This document shows, piece by piece, positions 8,836 through 19,228 of a DNA stretch of 64,000 bases. The position numbers and the translations under genes are program-made. This DNA comes from Marivivens sp. (GTDB lineage Bacteria > Pseudomonadota > Alphaproteobacteria > Rhodobacterales > Rhodobacteraceae), in assembly GCA_017643845.1 (NCBI GenBank), contig JAEPMR010000008.1:8811-72810 (forward strand), in the 5' to 3' direction. How positions within the stretch are numbered: position 1 is the stretch's first letter; each line of letters starts with the position of its first letter. The notes below the pieces were generated by a model. That model was not told the origin of the DNA, did no database searches, and worked only from the letters and a program-made list of their open reading frames with translations.

Positions 8836-10488
8836 TCACATATTCGGGTAATTCGGCCCGTCGCCGCCTTGCGGCACAGTCCATGTGATGTTCTGGCTCG
8901 GGTCTTTGATGTCGCAGGTTTTGCAGTGCACGCAGTTCTGGAAGTTGATGACGAACCGCGCGTCCTTGCCTTCTTCTTCAACCACTTCGTAGACACCCGC
9001 AGGGCAATAGCGCTGCGCCGGTTCCGCATATTTCGGCAGGTTGACGCTAATCGGCAGCGACTCGTCTTTCAGCCGCAGATGCGCAGGCTGGCTTTCCTCG
9101 TGGTTCGTCATCGAGAAGCTGACATTGGTCAAACGGTCAAAGCTCAGCTTGCCATCAGGCTTCGGATAATCAATCGGCTTGTGCTTGCTGGCTTCTTCAG
9201 TGGCTTCTGCGTCGCTCTTGCCGTGCTTCAAAGTGCCGAGCAGGGACAGGCCGAACAGGTTGTTGGTCCACATATCCAGTCCGCCAAGCCCCAGTGAAGC
9301 CATCAGTCCGTAGCGCGACCACAGCGGCTTCACATTGCGTACTTTCTTGAGGTCTTTGCCCACCGGTCCGTCACGCAGAGCAGCATCGTATTCGCTCAAT
9401 GTGTCACTCTGGCGTCCGCCCGCGATTGCGGCATGCGCGGCTTCTGCCGCGTGAATACCGGAAAGCATCGCGTTGTGGTTGCCCTTGATGCGCGGCACGT
9501 TCACGAGCCCCGCCGAACACCCGAGGAGACACCCGCCAGGGAAGGCCGTCTGCGGGATCGACTGATAACCACCCTCAGAGATCGCCCGCGCACCATAGGC
9601 CACGCGCTTGCCGCCCTTCAGTAGCTCCGCGACCATCGGGTGATGCTTGAAGCGCTGGAATTCCATGTAGGGGAACAGGTGCGGATTTGCGTAGTTCAGG
9701 TGCACCACAAAACCCACATAAACCTGATTGTTATCAAGATGGTAAATGAACGATCCGCCGCCCGCATTCGACCCGAGCGGCCAGCCCATCGTATGGGTTA
9801 CGGTGCCTTCGCGATGCTTCGCTGGGTCGATCTCCCAAATCTCTTTCATGCCGATGCCGAACTTCTGCACATCGCTGTTCTGGGTCAGATCGTATTTCGC
9901 GATCACCTCTTTCGAAAGCGATCCGCGCACCCCTTCAGAGAGGAAGACGTACTTGCCATGCAGCTCCATCCCCGGCTCGTAAGCGGGGCCGGGGGTGCCA
10001 TCGGCGTTCTTGCCAAATTCACCGGCAACCACGCCTTTTACTTCGCCATTCTCGCCGTAAACCAGCTCTGAACAGGCCATGCCCGGGAAGATTTCGACGC
10101 CCATTTCCTCGGCCTGTTCCGCCATCCAGCGGCAGACATTTGCCATGGAAACAATATAGTTGCCGTGGTTGTTCATCAGCGGCGGCATTGCGACATTCGG
10201 AATGCGCAGTGCACCGGCCTCACCCAGCATGTAGAAATTGTCTTCCTTCACTGGCACTGTGATCGGGGCACCTTTGGCCTTCCAGTCAGGGATCAGACGA
10301 TCCAGCCCCGACGGGTCCAGAACGGCGCCAGAAAGAATATGCGCACCAACCTCTGACCCCTTCTCCAGAACCACCACATTCAGATCGGCATCAAGCTGTT
10401 TCAGACGGATCGCCGCAGACAGCCCAGCCGGACCCGCCCCGACGATCACCACGTCATATTCCATTGCTTCGCGTTCGATCTCGGCCAT
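8836..10488 (-). CDS. Electron transfer flavoprotein-ubiquinone oxidoreductase
   Basis: GAGPAG, GAHILSGA, YCPAGVYE, NCVHCKTCDIKDP. Confidence 0.96.
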   Translation of the reverse strand: MAEIEREAMEYDVVIVGAGPAGLSAAIRLKQLDADLNVVVLEKGSEVGAHILSGAVLDPSGLDRLIPDWKAKGAPITVPVKEDNFYMLGEAGALRIPNVAMPPLMNNHGNYIVSMANVCRWMAEQAEEMGVEIFPGMACSELVYGENGEVKGVVAGEFGKNADGTPGPAYEPGMELHGKYVFLSEGVRGSLSKEVIAKYDLTQNSDVQKFGIGMKEIWEIDPAKHREGTVTHTMGWPLGSNAGGGSFIYHLDNNQVYVGFVVHLNYANPHLFPYMEFQRFKHHPMVAELLKGGKRVAYGARAISEGGYQSIPQTAFPGGCLLGCSAGLVNVPRIKGNHNAMLSGIHAAEAAHAAIAGGRQSDTLSEYDAALRDGPVGKDLKKVRNVKPLWSRYGLMASLGLGGLDMWTNNLFGLSLLGTLKHGKSDAEATEEASKHKPIDYPKPDGKLSFDRLTNVSFSMTNHEESQPAHLRLKDESLPISVNLPKYAEPAQRYCPAGVYEVVEEEGKDARFVINFQNCVHCKTCDIKDPSQNITWTVPQGGDGPNYPNM

Positions 10489-10715
10489 GATCTTTCCCTT
10501 GTTTCAGCGTGGGCAGTCTGCCCGAAATAATGTTTCGTCTTGGGTTAACGTAACCCAGTCTCAAGGGCAATCTCGACGCGACGCAATTTGTCGCAGCCGC
10601 GACGTTGCAGGCGTCTGAATGCCCTAATAAATATGGACGCTTGCACTTGCAGCCGGTTTGCCGCATCACGGTGCAACGCAATTTGAACTCAAAGAAAATT
10701 CCTCTCGGAGGTCTC

Positions 10716-11186
10716 ATGGAAAAAATCCCTCTGACCCGCGCTGGTTTCGATAAGATCGATGCGGAGTTGAAAACGCTCAAATCTGTTGAGCGTCCCGCCA
10801 TCATCCGCGCAATCGCGGAGGCCCGCGAACATGGAGACCTGTCCGAGAACGCCGAATATCATTCTGCTAAGGAAAAACAGTCCTTCATCGAAGGTCGCAT
10901 CAAAGAGCTTGAAGGCGTGATTTCGCTGGCGGATGTCATCGATCCAGCCAAGCTCTCTGGCGCGATAAAATTTGGCGCGACGGTTGCGCTTGTTGACGAA
11001 GATACGGATGAGGAAAAGACCTATCAGATCGTCGGTGAATACGAAGCCGATATTGAGCGCGGCTTGCTTAACATCAAGTCACCTCTCGCCCGTGCCCTGA
11101 TCGGCAAGGAAGAGGGCGACAGCGTCGAGGTCCGCACACCGGGGGGCGAGCGGAGTTATGAAATCCTGAGCATCGCCTACAAGTGA
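10716..11186 (+). CDS. greA: Transcription elongation factor GreA
   Basis: [24 protein letters not shown]. Confidence 0.97.
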   Translation: MEKIPLTRAGFDKIDAELKTLKSVERPAIIRAIAEAREHGDLSENAEYHSAKEKQSFIEGRIKELEGVISLADVIDPAKLSGAIKFGATVALVDEDTDEEKTYQIVGEYEADIERGLLNIKSPLARALIGKEEGDSVEVRTPGGERSYEILSIAYK

Positions 11187-11208
11187 TCCAGTCTGGACCG
11201 GGGTGGCC

Positions 11209-12210
11209 ATGACTGACCGCAGAAATACCGAAATTAGCCCGCCGGCACAGGTTTTTGCCGGATTTTCCATTATGGAATGGATCGTGATTGCAGCCGCGCT
11301 CGCATGGGCTGTTCTTGTGGGCATTGTGTCCTTCGGCGGCGCGGGCCCGGCGGCGGTGGCCGAGGTGATTCTCGCGCTTATGGCGGGCGTAGTGCCTGCC
11401 TTGCTGGTGTGGGTGACGATGACCACACGCCGCGCCGCTCGCAGTTTGCGCGACGAAGCCGCCCGGCTTGGTGTCGCGGTTGATGCGCTCCGGCAAAGTC
11501 TCTTGGCCGAGCGCCAGAATAAAAGCGGCTCTGTCGAGAATTCCGTTGAAAAGCGGCTCAACGAAATTGCCCGTGCTGCGCGGCAGACAGAAACCGTCCT
11601 CGCGATGTTCACCTCGACCCGTGATGCAACAGCCCATGCCCAGCCCGTACCTGCTCAGCCTTCGCAACCCGCTCCCGCGCCTCGCGAGGAGGATCAGCCT
11701 GCATTGGCGCTTGGCACGTCGAACGAGGATATGCAGCCGCCCCTTTCGAACGGCGATCTGATCCGTGCGCTGAACTTCCCAGAAACCTCTGAGGACGAGG
11801 CGGGATTTGCAGCATTGCGACGCGCATTGAAAGATCGCGAAGCGCGTCAGCTCGTGCAGGCGAGTCAGGATATCCTGACCCTGCTCAGTCAGGACGGGAT
11901 CTACATGGATGATCTCCACCCCGATCGCGCTCGCCCTGAAATCTGGCGTCGCTTCGCCCGGGGGGACCGAGGAAAAGCGGTCGCCGCGCTAGGTGGAATT
12001 CGGGATCGCTCAAGTCTGGCGCTCACGGCGGGCCGGATGCGCGAAGACACCATTTTTCGCGATGCCGCACACCATTTTCTAAGGCGATTTGATCGCACCC
12101 TCGTTGCTTTCGAGGAAGGCGCGACTGATGCAGAAATCTCTGAATTTGCCGATACGCGTACGGCCCGTGCTTTCATGATTCTCGGGCGTGTGACAGGCAC
12201 GTTCGACTAA
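11209..12210 (+). CDS. Membrane protein: 2 TM, coiled coil, Pro-rich linker, helical C-terminal domain (possibly TipN/GPR-like)
   Basis: Two hydrophobic helices, heptads, PAQPSQPAPAP linker. Confidence 0.75.
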   Translation: MTDRRNTEISPPAQVFAGFSIMEWIVIAAALAWAVLVGIVSFGGAGPAAVAEVILALMAGVVPALLVWVTMTTRRAARSLRDEAARLGVAVDALRQSLLAERQNKSGSVENSVEKRLNEIARAARQTETVLAMFTSTRDATAHAQPVPAQPSQPAPAPREEDQPALALGTSNEDMQPPLSNGDLIRALNFPETSEDEAGFAALRRALKDREARQLVQASQDILTLLSQDGIYMDDLHPDRARPEIWRRFARGDRGKAVAALGGIRDRSSLALTAGRMREDTIFRDAAHHFLRRFDRTLVAFEEGATDAEISEFADTRTARAFMILGRVTGTFD

Positions 12211-12788
12211 CGCAGCCGCCGCTCCATTGTTATCGTCCGGCGAAAGCCGAAGATATGCCGCAATATGCCGATAGACGCGCCACCGCTCTTTCTGAAACCC
12301 CGCCGTTCATAGAGCGCTTTGGCGCGGAAGTTGTCATCGACGACCTCCAGCCTGAGCATGTCGTATCCTTGTCTGTTTGCCTCCCGCGCAAGGGCCTCAA
12401 TCAGGTCCGTTCCGATCCCATTTCCCCTGTATTCCCGCGCCACAACAATTCCGTCGATAACGAAACCGCCGGTGCCGAATGGGGACTTGAGAAGCGAGAA
12501 CATAATGCGCCGCCAGACGGCTCCAATACGCCCGTAATGATCGACAAGGTATTTCGGATTTCCACGCAATAGACCCCCTTTCGGGGTTTGATAGCCCGCG
12601 ATACCTGCGATCGAGCCGGCGGCAGTTCTGGCGCAGAAAATATGATCGGAATTCAATGCGCAGGCGATGTAGGCCACCGCCCGCTCCTGCGGCCCCAGCA
12701 TTCTGCCAAGTTTCTCGCCAAATCCCTGCCAGTAGAGAGCGGCAACGTGTTCGCGCTCGCTTTGCTGTATGCCTTTTTCTATCTGCAC
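12207..12788 (-). CDS. GNAT acetyltransferase
   Basis: VAREYRGNGIGT, NFRAKALYERRGF. Confidence 0.85.
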   Translation of the reverse strand: MQIEKGIQQSEREHVAALYWQGFGEKLGRMLGPQERAVAYIACALNSDHIFCARTAAGSIAGIAGYQTPKGGLLRGNPKYLVDHYGRIGAVWRRIMFSLLKSPFGTGGFVIDGIVVAREYRGNGIGTDLIEALAREANRQGYDMLRLEVVDDNFRAKALYERRGFRKSGGASIGILRHIFGFRRTITMERRLR

Positions 12789-12872
12789 GCCTATGCCTGA
12801 CTTGGCTTTCCTTGACGTCGCCAGTCTAGCAGCACTCGGCCCTGATCGGTGAAGCGGAAAATCGTTTGATCT

Positions 12873-13463
12873 TCAGAGGCCGTCTGTCGCGAGGTTCTGA
12901 CCCTCGTCCTGCTCCCAATATTCGCTGCGGCGCACTCCTGGAATTGCACCGAACTGCTCAGCGAGGACTTCTGGGAAGAATGAGACCCGGAAATGCGCAA
13001 ACTGCGGAATTTCCTTCAGAATCGTGGTTGTAGAGATCGTGCATTGGGCCTTCGGAACAGCCCCATACGCCATCACCAGTTGAAGCACACGCTCCGCTGT
13101 TTCCGCAGAAACAACTAGCTCCATGATCTCGATGTAGTAGGTCTCTCGGGCATGATATGAACGGTAGATCCGCTCAATCTGTGGTGTGATGCCAAAGATC
13201 ACGTCGTTCCGTTCTGGAAAGGTCTCATGCTTGAAAGTGCCAGCAGGATCCCACATGACCCGCTGGCTCGCATTGATCATAAGACCGGTATGCGCGCCGG
13301 AGTCACTGCCGACGTTGCGAACGGTGTAAAGTGTAAGAGAGGGCGGACCCGGATGCCGGTATACACTGCGTGCAACTTGCTCATCCGGCGCCCAGACAGG
13401 CTCAGCCGCGCCGCATCCGACAAGTGCCAATGGCGCTCCGGCAATGAACAGCCGCCGATTCAT
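12873..13463 (-). CDS. Putative lipoprotein
   Basis: MNRRLFIAGAPLALVGC lipobox. Confidence 0.75.
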   Translation of the reverse strand: MNRRLFIAGAPLALVGCGAAEPVWAPDEQVARSVYRHPGPPSLTLYTVRNVGSDSGAHTGLMINASQRVMWDPAGTFKHETFPERNDVIFGITPQIERIYRSYHARETYYIEIMELVVSAETAERVLQLVMAYGAVPKAQCTISTTTILKEIPQFAHFRVSFFPEVLAEQFGAIPGVRRSEYWEQDEGQNLATDGL

Positions 13464-13469
13464 GCTCTC

Positions 13470-13604
13470 TTAGGCGTTGACCAGCGCGAGCAGGATGAGA
13501 GCGACGATGATGACAACGACGCCGCGCGTCGTGAATTTCATGAAGCCATCAAATGTCTTCTCCTGAACGGAGATATCCATTTCGCCATGCTTGTGATCGG
13601 CCAT
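13470..13604 (-). CDS. ctaH: aa3-type cytochrome c oxidase subunit IV
   Basis: MADHKHGEMDISVQEKTFDGF plus one TM ending LVNA; SD GAGGA. Confidence 0.85.
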   Translation of the reverse strand: MADHKHGEMDISVQEKTFDGFMKFTTRGVVVIIVALILLALVNA

Positions 13605-13702
13605 GTGAGTGTCCTCTGAATAACAGTTCGAAGGGTGATTAGACGATTCAGTCGGCGCTGTCACCATCAACCGAAGGACAGCTTGTCACAGTTTTCGCAA
13701 GT

Positions 13703-14497
13703 TTAGCTACAAGTTGCCGCCATACACTGCCGTCCGTCCGGCCCCCGAACCCAAAGCTCGCGGTCCCGCCAGCAAAACGTGCCTTCTTCGCCGCATATTA
13801 AAGGGGCTGTCGCACGATACCGAAATTCTTCAATCGGGCGGCCAAGCATCTCGGTCGCAAAGAGCATCAATAGCTGGGCGAGGAGCGGCCCATGCACTAC
13901 CAAGCCGGAATATCCTTCGACTGTCCGGGCGTAATCCGCATCGTAGTGAATGCGGTGGCCGTTAAACGTCAGCGCGGAGTAGCGAAACAGGAGCGTGCTG
14001 TCGAAGCGATGAACCTTGCGATCAGTTTCATCGGTGCGAGCGCGCGGCGGCTGGCCGCTCTGGGCGTCCAACTCGCGATAGACGAGTTCTTGCCACTCGG
14101 TCAGTGCCAGCCCATGCCTCTGTCGAAAATCATGGCGCAGCGTGACAAATCCCAGCGGCCCGCTCTTGCCGCTCTTGCGTGTCACATTCTCAATGACAGT
14201 TTCCCTTTCCGCCTGAATGCCAGCCAGAAGTGGTCGGTGAAAAACCAATCGCCCCGCAGCCCACATCCGGCGCGGAAGTCCCAGATCGGGAATAAAACCT
14301 CCGACCTTTGGATGTCCGTCGCGCCCTAGTTTCTCGGGGGGTTCAGGCGTCCAGAAATAGAGCTGATGAAAAAAAGGTGGGAGCGCGCTCCCTTGGGTAA
14401 TATTTCCCTCCAGTCCGAGCGCGACTTGTAAAGCTGACGCGCGCGCTGGATCAATCTGGTCCGATTTCGTATCGCGTTGCTGGCCGGAGGAAGTCAT
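13703..14497 (-). CDS. Double hot-dog acyl-CoA hydratase (itaconyl-CoA/mesaconyl-C4-CoA hydratase, HTD2-like)
   Basis: LGRDGHP, RRMWAAG, LLFRYSALTFNGHRIHYD, LVVHGPL. Confidence 0.85.
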   Translation of the reverse strand: MTSSGQQRDTKSDQIDPARASALQVALGLEGNITQGSALPPFFHQLYFWTPEPPEKLGRDGHPKVGGFIPDLGLPRRMWAAGRLVFHRPLLAGIQAERETVIENVTRKSGKSGPLGFVTLRHDFRQRHGLALTEWQELVYRELDAQSGQPPRARTDETDRKVHRFDSTLLFRYSALTFNGHRIHYDADYARTVEGYSGLVVHGPLLAQLLMLFATEMLGRPIEEFRYRATAPLICGEEGTFCWRDRELWVRGPDGRQCMAATCS

Positions 14498-14528
14498 ACT
14501 TGGGTCACCACAGGGATTTGGGGTTGAA

Positions 14529-14921
14529 ATGCAGGTAGCCGCACTGGATCATTTGGTTCTAACAGTCGCCAATCTAGAGCAGACCGTGGACTTCTACCAA
14601 TCGGTTTTGGGGATGGAGAAAGTCACCTTTACCGGCGCTGACGGGGCAGAACGCGTGGCGCTCAAGTTCGGATCCCAGAAAATTAACCTGCATCCCATAT
14701 CAGCACCGCTTCAACCGCACGCGAGGGCTCCGACCGGCGGCAGCGCGGATTTGTGTTTTCTGACGGAACAGTCGATCCCGAATTGGCAAAAGCATCTTAC
14801 GCACCTCGGCGTCGAGGTGGAAATCGGTCCGGTTCCTCGAACAGGGGCCGAATTCCTGCTTTTGTCTCTCTATATCCGCGATCCCGATGGCAACCTGATT
14901 GAAATTGCCACTCAGAATTGA
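14529..14921 (+). CDS. VOC/glyoxalase family protein
   Basis: LDHLVLTV, FGSQKINLH, GSADLCF, GPVPRTGA, YIRDPDGNLIE. Confidence 0.9.
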   Translation: MQVAALDHLVLTVANLEQTVDFYQSVLGMEKVTFTGADGAERVALKFGSQKINLHPISAPLQPHARAPTGGSADLCFLTEQSIPNWQKHLTHLGVEVEIGPVPRTGAEFLLLSLYIRDPDGNLIEIATQN

Positions 14922-15445
14922 CCGACGAGCTTCTTGAGATCGGCCATCTGTGTTTCCAATGCCGCCCTGTAACGGTCGTTGGACAGTCGACCATCAGCAT
15001 CGAACTGATCCTTTGCTTGAGCGATGAGAACCTCGCGCCCCGTCAGCAATTTTGGCCCAAAGGGGCTGATAACAAGCCGCAGAGAGTTCTGCGCTCTTTC
15101 CCCACCAGATCGTCCAGCAGTTGCTGACATGATCGCAACGGGCGTGTCCCGCCATGGATTACCTTCGGCGCGGCTCACCCAGTCGAGCGCGTTTTTCAGA
15201 ACGCCAGAGAGCGCCTTGTTATATTCGGGCGTTGAGATGATCACTGCCTCGGCTGCCTCGATTTGCGCGACGAGTGTTTTCACGACTTCAGGAATTCCAT
15301 GCTCAGCCTGCAAATCCGCGTCAAAGAGCGGAAACCTGATGTCAGCCTCGATAAAGTCATCTGTGCCGTAGATCCGCCCTGCTTCGCGAATCAGTTTCCG
15401 GTTGTGAGAGTCGCGCCGTAACGAACCTGATATTCCCAGTAGCAT
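14912..15445 (-). CDS. NAD(P)H-dependent FMN reductase (ChrR/SsuE-like)
   Basis: GISGSLRRDSHN, TPEYN, LKNALDWVSR. Confidence 0.9.
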   Translation of the reverse strand: MLLGISGSLRRDSHNRKLIREAGRIYGTDDFIEADIRFPLFDADLQAEHGIPEVVKTLVAQIEAAEAVIISTPEYNKALSGVLKNALDWVSRAEGNPWRDTPVAIMSATAGRSGGERAQNSLRLVISPFGPKLLTGREVLIAQAKDQFDADGRLSNDRYRAALETQMADLKKLVGQF

Positions 15446-15567
15446 GATCGAATCCTTTGCTTCCCCAATGAGGTAGGCGCTCAAGCCTCGACCGCAAGGC
15501 CACAAGCGCTTGCGGTTCTGTTCGCCTTCGCACATGGTCCTCGCAGATTCTGAGGGAATGAGAATTC

Positions 15568-17205
15568 ATGTCACACGGTGGTCAGATTGTTGCGGAAACA
15601 CTTGCCAAACTTGGTGTAACGCGGGTGTTTTCCGTCCCGGGGGAAAGCTTTCTCGCGGTTCTCGACGGATTACATGACAGCAAGATTGAAAATATCGTCT
15701 GCCGCCACGAGGGAGCGGCCGCGATGATGGCCGAAGCGCATGGCAAAATGACAGGCGAGCCTGGCGTCGCATTTGTCACACGGGGACCAGGCGCTACGAA
15801 TGCCTCTGCAGGTGTCCACGTGGCATGTCAGGATTCTACGCCGATGATCCTCTTTGTGGGGCAAATCGATACGGCGCATCGGGATCGTGAGGCATTTCAG
15901 GAGGTCAACTATCGCGCTGCATTTGGTCCGATCGCGAAATGGGCAACCGAGGTCGAAGATTCCGCCCGACTGACTGAATATGTTCGCCGCGCTTACAAGG
16001 TTGCTGTCTCCGGTCGTCCCGGTCCGGTGGTCGTAGCGCTTCCTGAAAATGTGGTGTCTTGCCCTGATGTGTCTCTCTCTAGAATAACCAAGCCTGTTCC
16101 GCTCCGGCAATCGCTCGCGGAACCTGCTCGCGCAGCAATGGACTGGTTGGCGGAAGCCGAGCGCCCGCTTGTTATTGCCGGTGGCCCTCACTGGTCGAAA
16201 GGCGCGGCCGAAGCCCTCGCGACATTTGCAGAAACCCAGGGGCTGCCTGTCGCTGTCGGGTTTCGTAGACAGGACTACATCGACAACCGGCATACGAACT
16301 ACGCTGGCGATTTGAATGTCGGGGTGAATCCGAGGCTCGCGAAACGCCTGAGGGAAGCAGACCGGCTTTTGGTGCTGGGTTCGCGACTGGGCGACATCGA
16401 AACTCAGGGCTACACATTGGTAGACCCCGCATCACCAACCCAGCTGATCTGTCACATCCACGCTGATGAAAACGAGATCGGTCGGGTCTATCCGGTGGAA
16501 ATGGGCTTTGCGACCCGCGCGGATCACTTTGTCGAAGAGCTGGCAAAGCTCCCTCCAGTTTCGGGGGATTGGACTGACTGGACCACATCCGCGCGTCAGG
16601 ATTACGATCACTGGCTCTCGCCTCAGCAAAGCCCTGGTGACGTCAAGCTCGAGCAGGTCATAGGTTGGCTCTCGGCCAATCTTCCTGAAGATGCGATTAT
16701 CACAAATGGCGCAGGCAATTACGCCGCGTGGCTGCACAGATATTTTGTCTACAAAACCTATGGAACCCAGCTTGCTCCAACGTCCGGTTCAATGGGGTAC
16801 GGCTTTCCGGCATCGATTGCGGCGTCATTGGAACATCCTGACCGCCAGGTGGTCTGCCTTGCCGGGGACGGCTGCTTCCAAATGACACTTAACGAGATGT
16901 CCACCGCAATCCAAAGCGGGGCGAAGCCAATTGTGATCGTCGTCAACAATGGGCGTTACGGGACGATCCGAATGCACCAGGAACGCACCTACCCTGGCCG
17001 GGTCAGCGGCACCATGTTGGCAAACCCCGATTTCGCGGCACTTGCGCGTGCCTACGGGGGGCAAGGCGAGATTGTAGTTTCAGGCGATCAGTTTGCCGAC
17101 GCCTTTGCCCGATCAGTGGAGGCAGGAACGTTGGCCGTGATCGAGTTGCGGGTCGATGAGGACGCGCTCTCCCCGTCACTTACTCTGAGTGGATTGCGCA
17201 GTTAG
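15568..17205 (+). CDS. Thiamine-diphosphate enzyme (acetolactate synthase large-subunit-like, no small subunit nearby)
   Basis: [27 protein letters not shown]...NN motif. Confidence 0.88.
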   Translation: MSHGGQIVAETLAKLGVTRVFSVPGESFLAVLDGLHDSKIENIVCRHEGAAAMMAEAHGKMTGEPGVAFVTRGPGATNASAGVHVACQDSTPMILFVGQIDTAHRDREAFQEVNYRAAFGPIAKWATEVEDSARLTEYVRRAYKVAVSGRPGPVVVALPENVVSCPDVSLSRITKPVPLRQSLAEPARAAMDWLAEAERPLVIAGGPHWSKGAAEALATFAETQGLPVAVGFRRQDYIDNRHTNYAGDLNVGVNPRLAKRLREADRLLVLGSRLGDIETQGYTLVDPASPTQLICHIHADENEIGRVYPVEMGFATRADHFVEELAKLPPVSGDWTDWTTSARQDYDHWLSPQQSPGDVKLEQVIGWLSANLPEDAIITNGAGNYAAWLHRYFVYKTYGTQLAPTSGSMGYGFPASIAASLEHPDRQVVCLAGDGCFQMTLNEMSTAIQSGAKPIVIVVNNGRYGTIRMHQERTYPGRVSGTMLANPDFAALARAYGGQGEIVVSGDQFADAFARSVEAGTLAVIELRVDEDALSPSLTLSGLRS

Positions 17206-18101
17206 TCAAACGTGGATGGAGGCGAGAAACCGAGCAGCGCTTCTTTGGCCGCCATCGGACGTTTTCCCTCACGTTGCAGCCGCGTCACTTCGATAGCGCC
17301 TGATCCGCAGGCGACAACAAGGTCGTGCAGGACATGACCCGCAGAGCCGGACTCTTGTGCAACGCGCGAGCCAAGGAGCTTGATCCGTTCGCCTTCAGCT
17401 TGCGTCCATGCGCCGGGAAAAGGGGAAAGTCCCCGAATTAGGCGGTCGACGTCCTCGGCTGGTCGGGTCCAGTCGATCCGTGCTTCGGTTTTGTCGATCT
17501 TGCTGGCGTAGGTCACACCCTCTGCCGATTGCGCGACGGGGATAAGGTCATGCAGACGGTCGAGCGCGTCAACAATCGCCTCCGCCCCGAGCGCAGAGAG
17601 CCGATCATGCAGCTCCGCAGTTGTTTCCTCTGCCTTTATTGCGGTAGCGCGTCGGAGTAGCACATCCCCCGTATCTAGCCCTTCATCCATTTGCATAATG
17701 CAAATGCCGGTTTCAGTGTCACCGGCCATGATTGCCCGATGGATCGGTGCCGCGCCACGCCATCTGGGGAGGAGGGAAGCATGAATATTCAGGCATCCGT
17801 TCAGAGGGGCATCTAGGACTTCCTTTGGTAGAATGAGCCCGTAGGCCACAACAACTGCAACATCGGCATTTAACGCCGCGAATTCGATTTGCGCGGCTTC
17901 GTTTCTCAACGACGTCGGGTGCCGAACGTCCAGTCCGAGTTCCACTGCGCGGCTGTGGACTGGCGTTGGGCGGGGCTTCTTGCCGCGTCCAGCTGGGCGG
18001 GGCGGTTGGCAATAGACCGCAGCGATTTCATGACCGGCCTTGATGAGAGCATCCAGAGCGGGAACAGAAAAATCTGGCGTACCCATAAAGACAACACGCA
18101 T
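17202..18101 (-). CDS. fmt: Methionyl-tRNA formyltransferase
   Basis: [30 protein letters not shown]. Confidence 0.97.
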   Translation of the reverse strand: MRVVFMGTPDFSVPALDALIKAGHEIAAVYCQPPRPAGRGKKPRPTPVHSRAVELGLDVRHPTSLRNEAAQIEFAALNADVAVVVAYGLILPKEVLDAPLNGCLNIHASLLPRWRGAAPIHRAIMAGDTETGICIMQMDEGLDTGDVLLRRATAIKAEETTAELHDRLSALGAEAIVDALDRLHDLIPVAQSAEGVTYASKIDKTEARIDWTRPAEDVDRLIRGLSPFPGAWTQAEGERIKLLGSRVAQESGSAGHVLHDLVVACGSGAIEVTRLQREGKRPMAAKEALLGFSPPSTFD

Positions 18102-18110
18102 GTTATCCTC

Positions 18111-18605
18111 CTAACGGAATTTTCTGGCTTTCTTGATCAGCATTTCACGTTTTACCTTGCTTAGCCGATCAAAATACATCCGGCCGTTGAGATGGTCGAT
18201 CTGGTGCTGAACGCTTGTCGCCCAGAGAGAGACGAAATCGCGTTCCTCTGTTTCGCCTTCGGCGTTGAGGAACCGAACGGTCACCGCGCGGGGGCGGGAA
18301 ATTTTTGCACTAACGCCAGGAAGATTCGGGGACGCTTCCTCATGGATGCGTGGTTCGATCGAAGCATGCAGGACTTCTGGGTTGGCCATTCGAATGACCT
18401 GGCCTCGAGCTGTAGAGGCATCGACAACGGCAAGTCGCAATGGAATGCCCAATTGCACTGCCGCAAGGCCAACGCCTGGCATTGCCTCCATAGCATCAAT
18501 CATTTCGTCCCAAATCGACCGGATTTCATCCGTGATCTCCGTCACCGGCTCGGCTGGCGTCCTCAGGCGCTTGTCGGGCCACATTACAAACGGACGATGG
18601 GGCAT
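18111..18605 (-). CDS. Peptide deformylase-like protein, probably inactive
   Basis: GVGLAAVQ retained; EASPNLP replaces EGCLSIP; QHQIDH replaces QHEIDH. Confidence 0.88.
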   Translation of the reverse strand: MPHRPFVMWPDKRLRTPAEPVTEITDEIRSIWDEMIDAMEAMPGVGLAAVQLGIPLRLAVVDASTARGQVIRMANPEVLHASIEPRIHEEASPNLPGVSAKISRPRAVTVRFLNAEGETEERDFVSLWATSVQHQIDHLNGRMYFDRLSKVKREMLIKKARKFR

Positions 18606-18607
18606 GC

Positions 18608-19132
18608 TCAGCCGCCTCTTGCGCGCTCGCGCTTGAGCTTTTGCATTTTGCGCGTGATCATCTGGCGACGGAGAGGTTTGAGGTAGTCGATAAAGAGTCT
18701 TCCGTTGAGGTGGTCTATCTCGTGCTGGACGCACGTGGCCCAGAGACCATCGAACTGTTCTTCTACTGTCTTTCCGTCAAGTCCGAGCCAACGGACCTTC
18801 ACCTCGGCGGGGCGTTCAACTTCTGCGAACTGCTCGGGGATAGAAAGACAGCCCTCCTCGTGGATATTTGTCCCTTCAGACTCCCAGAGGATCTCGGGGT
18901 TGATCAGAACCATTGGTTCGGGGGTCGCATCCTCGTCTTTGACGCAATCCATCACGACGACACGGTTCAGCAATCCGATTTGAGGCGCGGCAAGACCGAT
19001 TCCCGGGGCGTCATACATCGTTTCGAGCATGTCGTCGGCCTGCTTGCGGATGGTATCCGTAAGCTCGGTAACGGGGTCGGCTACCTTTTTCAGGCGCGGG
19101 TCGGGGTGTATGAGGATCGGTCGCAGCGTCAT
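18608..19132 (-). CDS. def: Peptide deformylase
   Basis: GIGLAAPQ, EGCLSIP, QHEIDHL all intact. Confidence 0.97.
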   Translation of the reverse strand: MTLRPILIHPDPRLKKVADPVTELTDTIRKQADDMLETMYDAPGIGLAAPQIGLLNRVVVMDCVKDEDATPEPMVLINPEILWESEGTNIHEEGCLSIPEQFAEVERPAEVKVRWLGLDGKTVEEQFDGLWATCVQHEIDHLNGRLFIDYLKPLRRQMITRKMQKLKRERARGG

Positions 19133-19228
19133 GAGGGGCATTTAGGGGATGGAGAAGGTCAGCGCAACATGGGCTTGCATCATCTTGCGATGCGGTTAGC
19201 GTGCGAACGAACCGAAGCAGGAGCTCTT

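Noticed and set aside
18641-19228. 587-aa extended PatB ORF
   Set aside because: Extension is antisense to def; family motifs and SD begin at 19229
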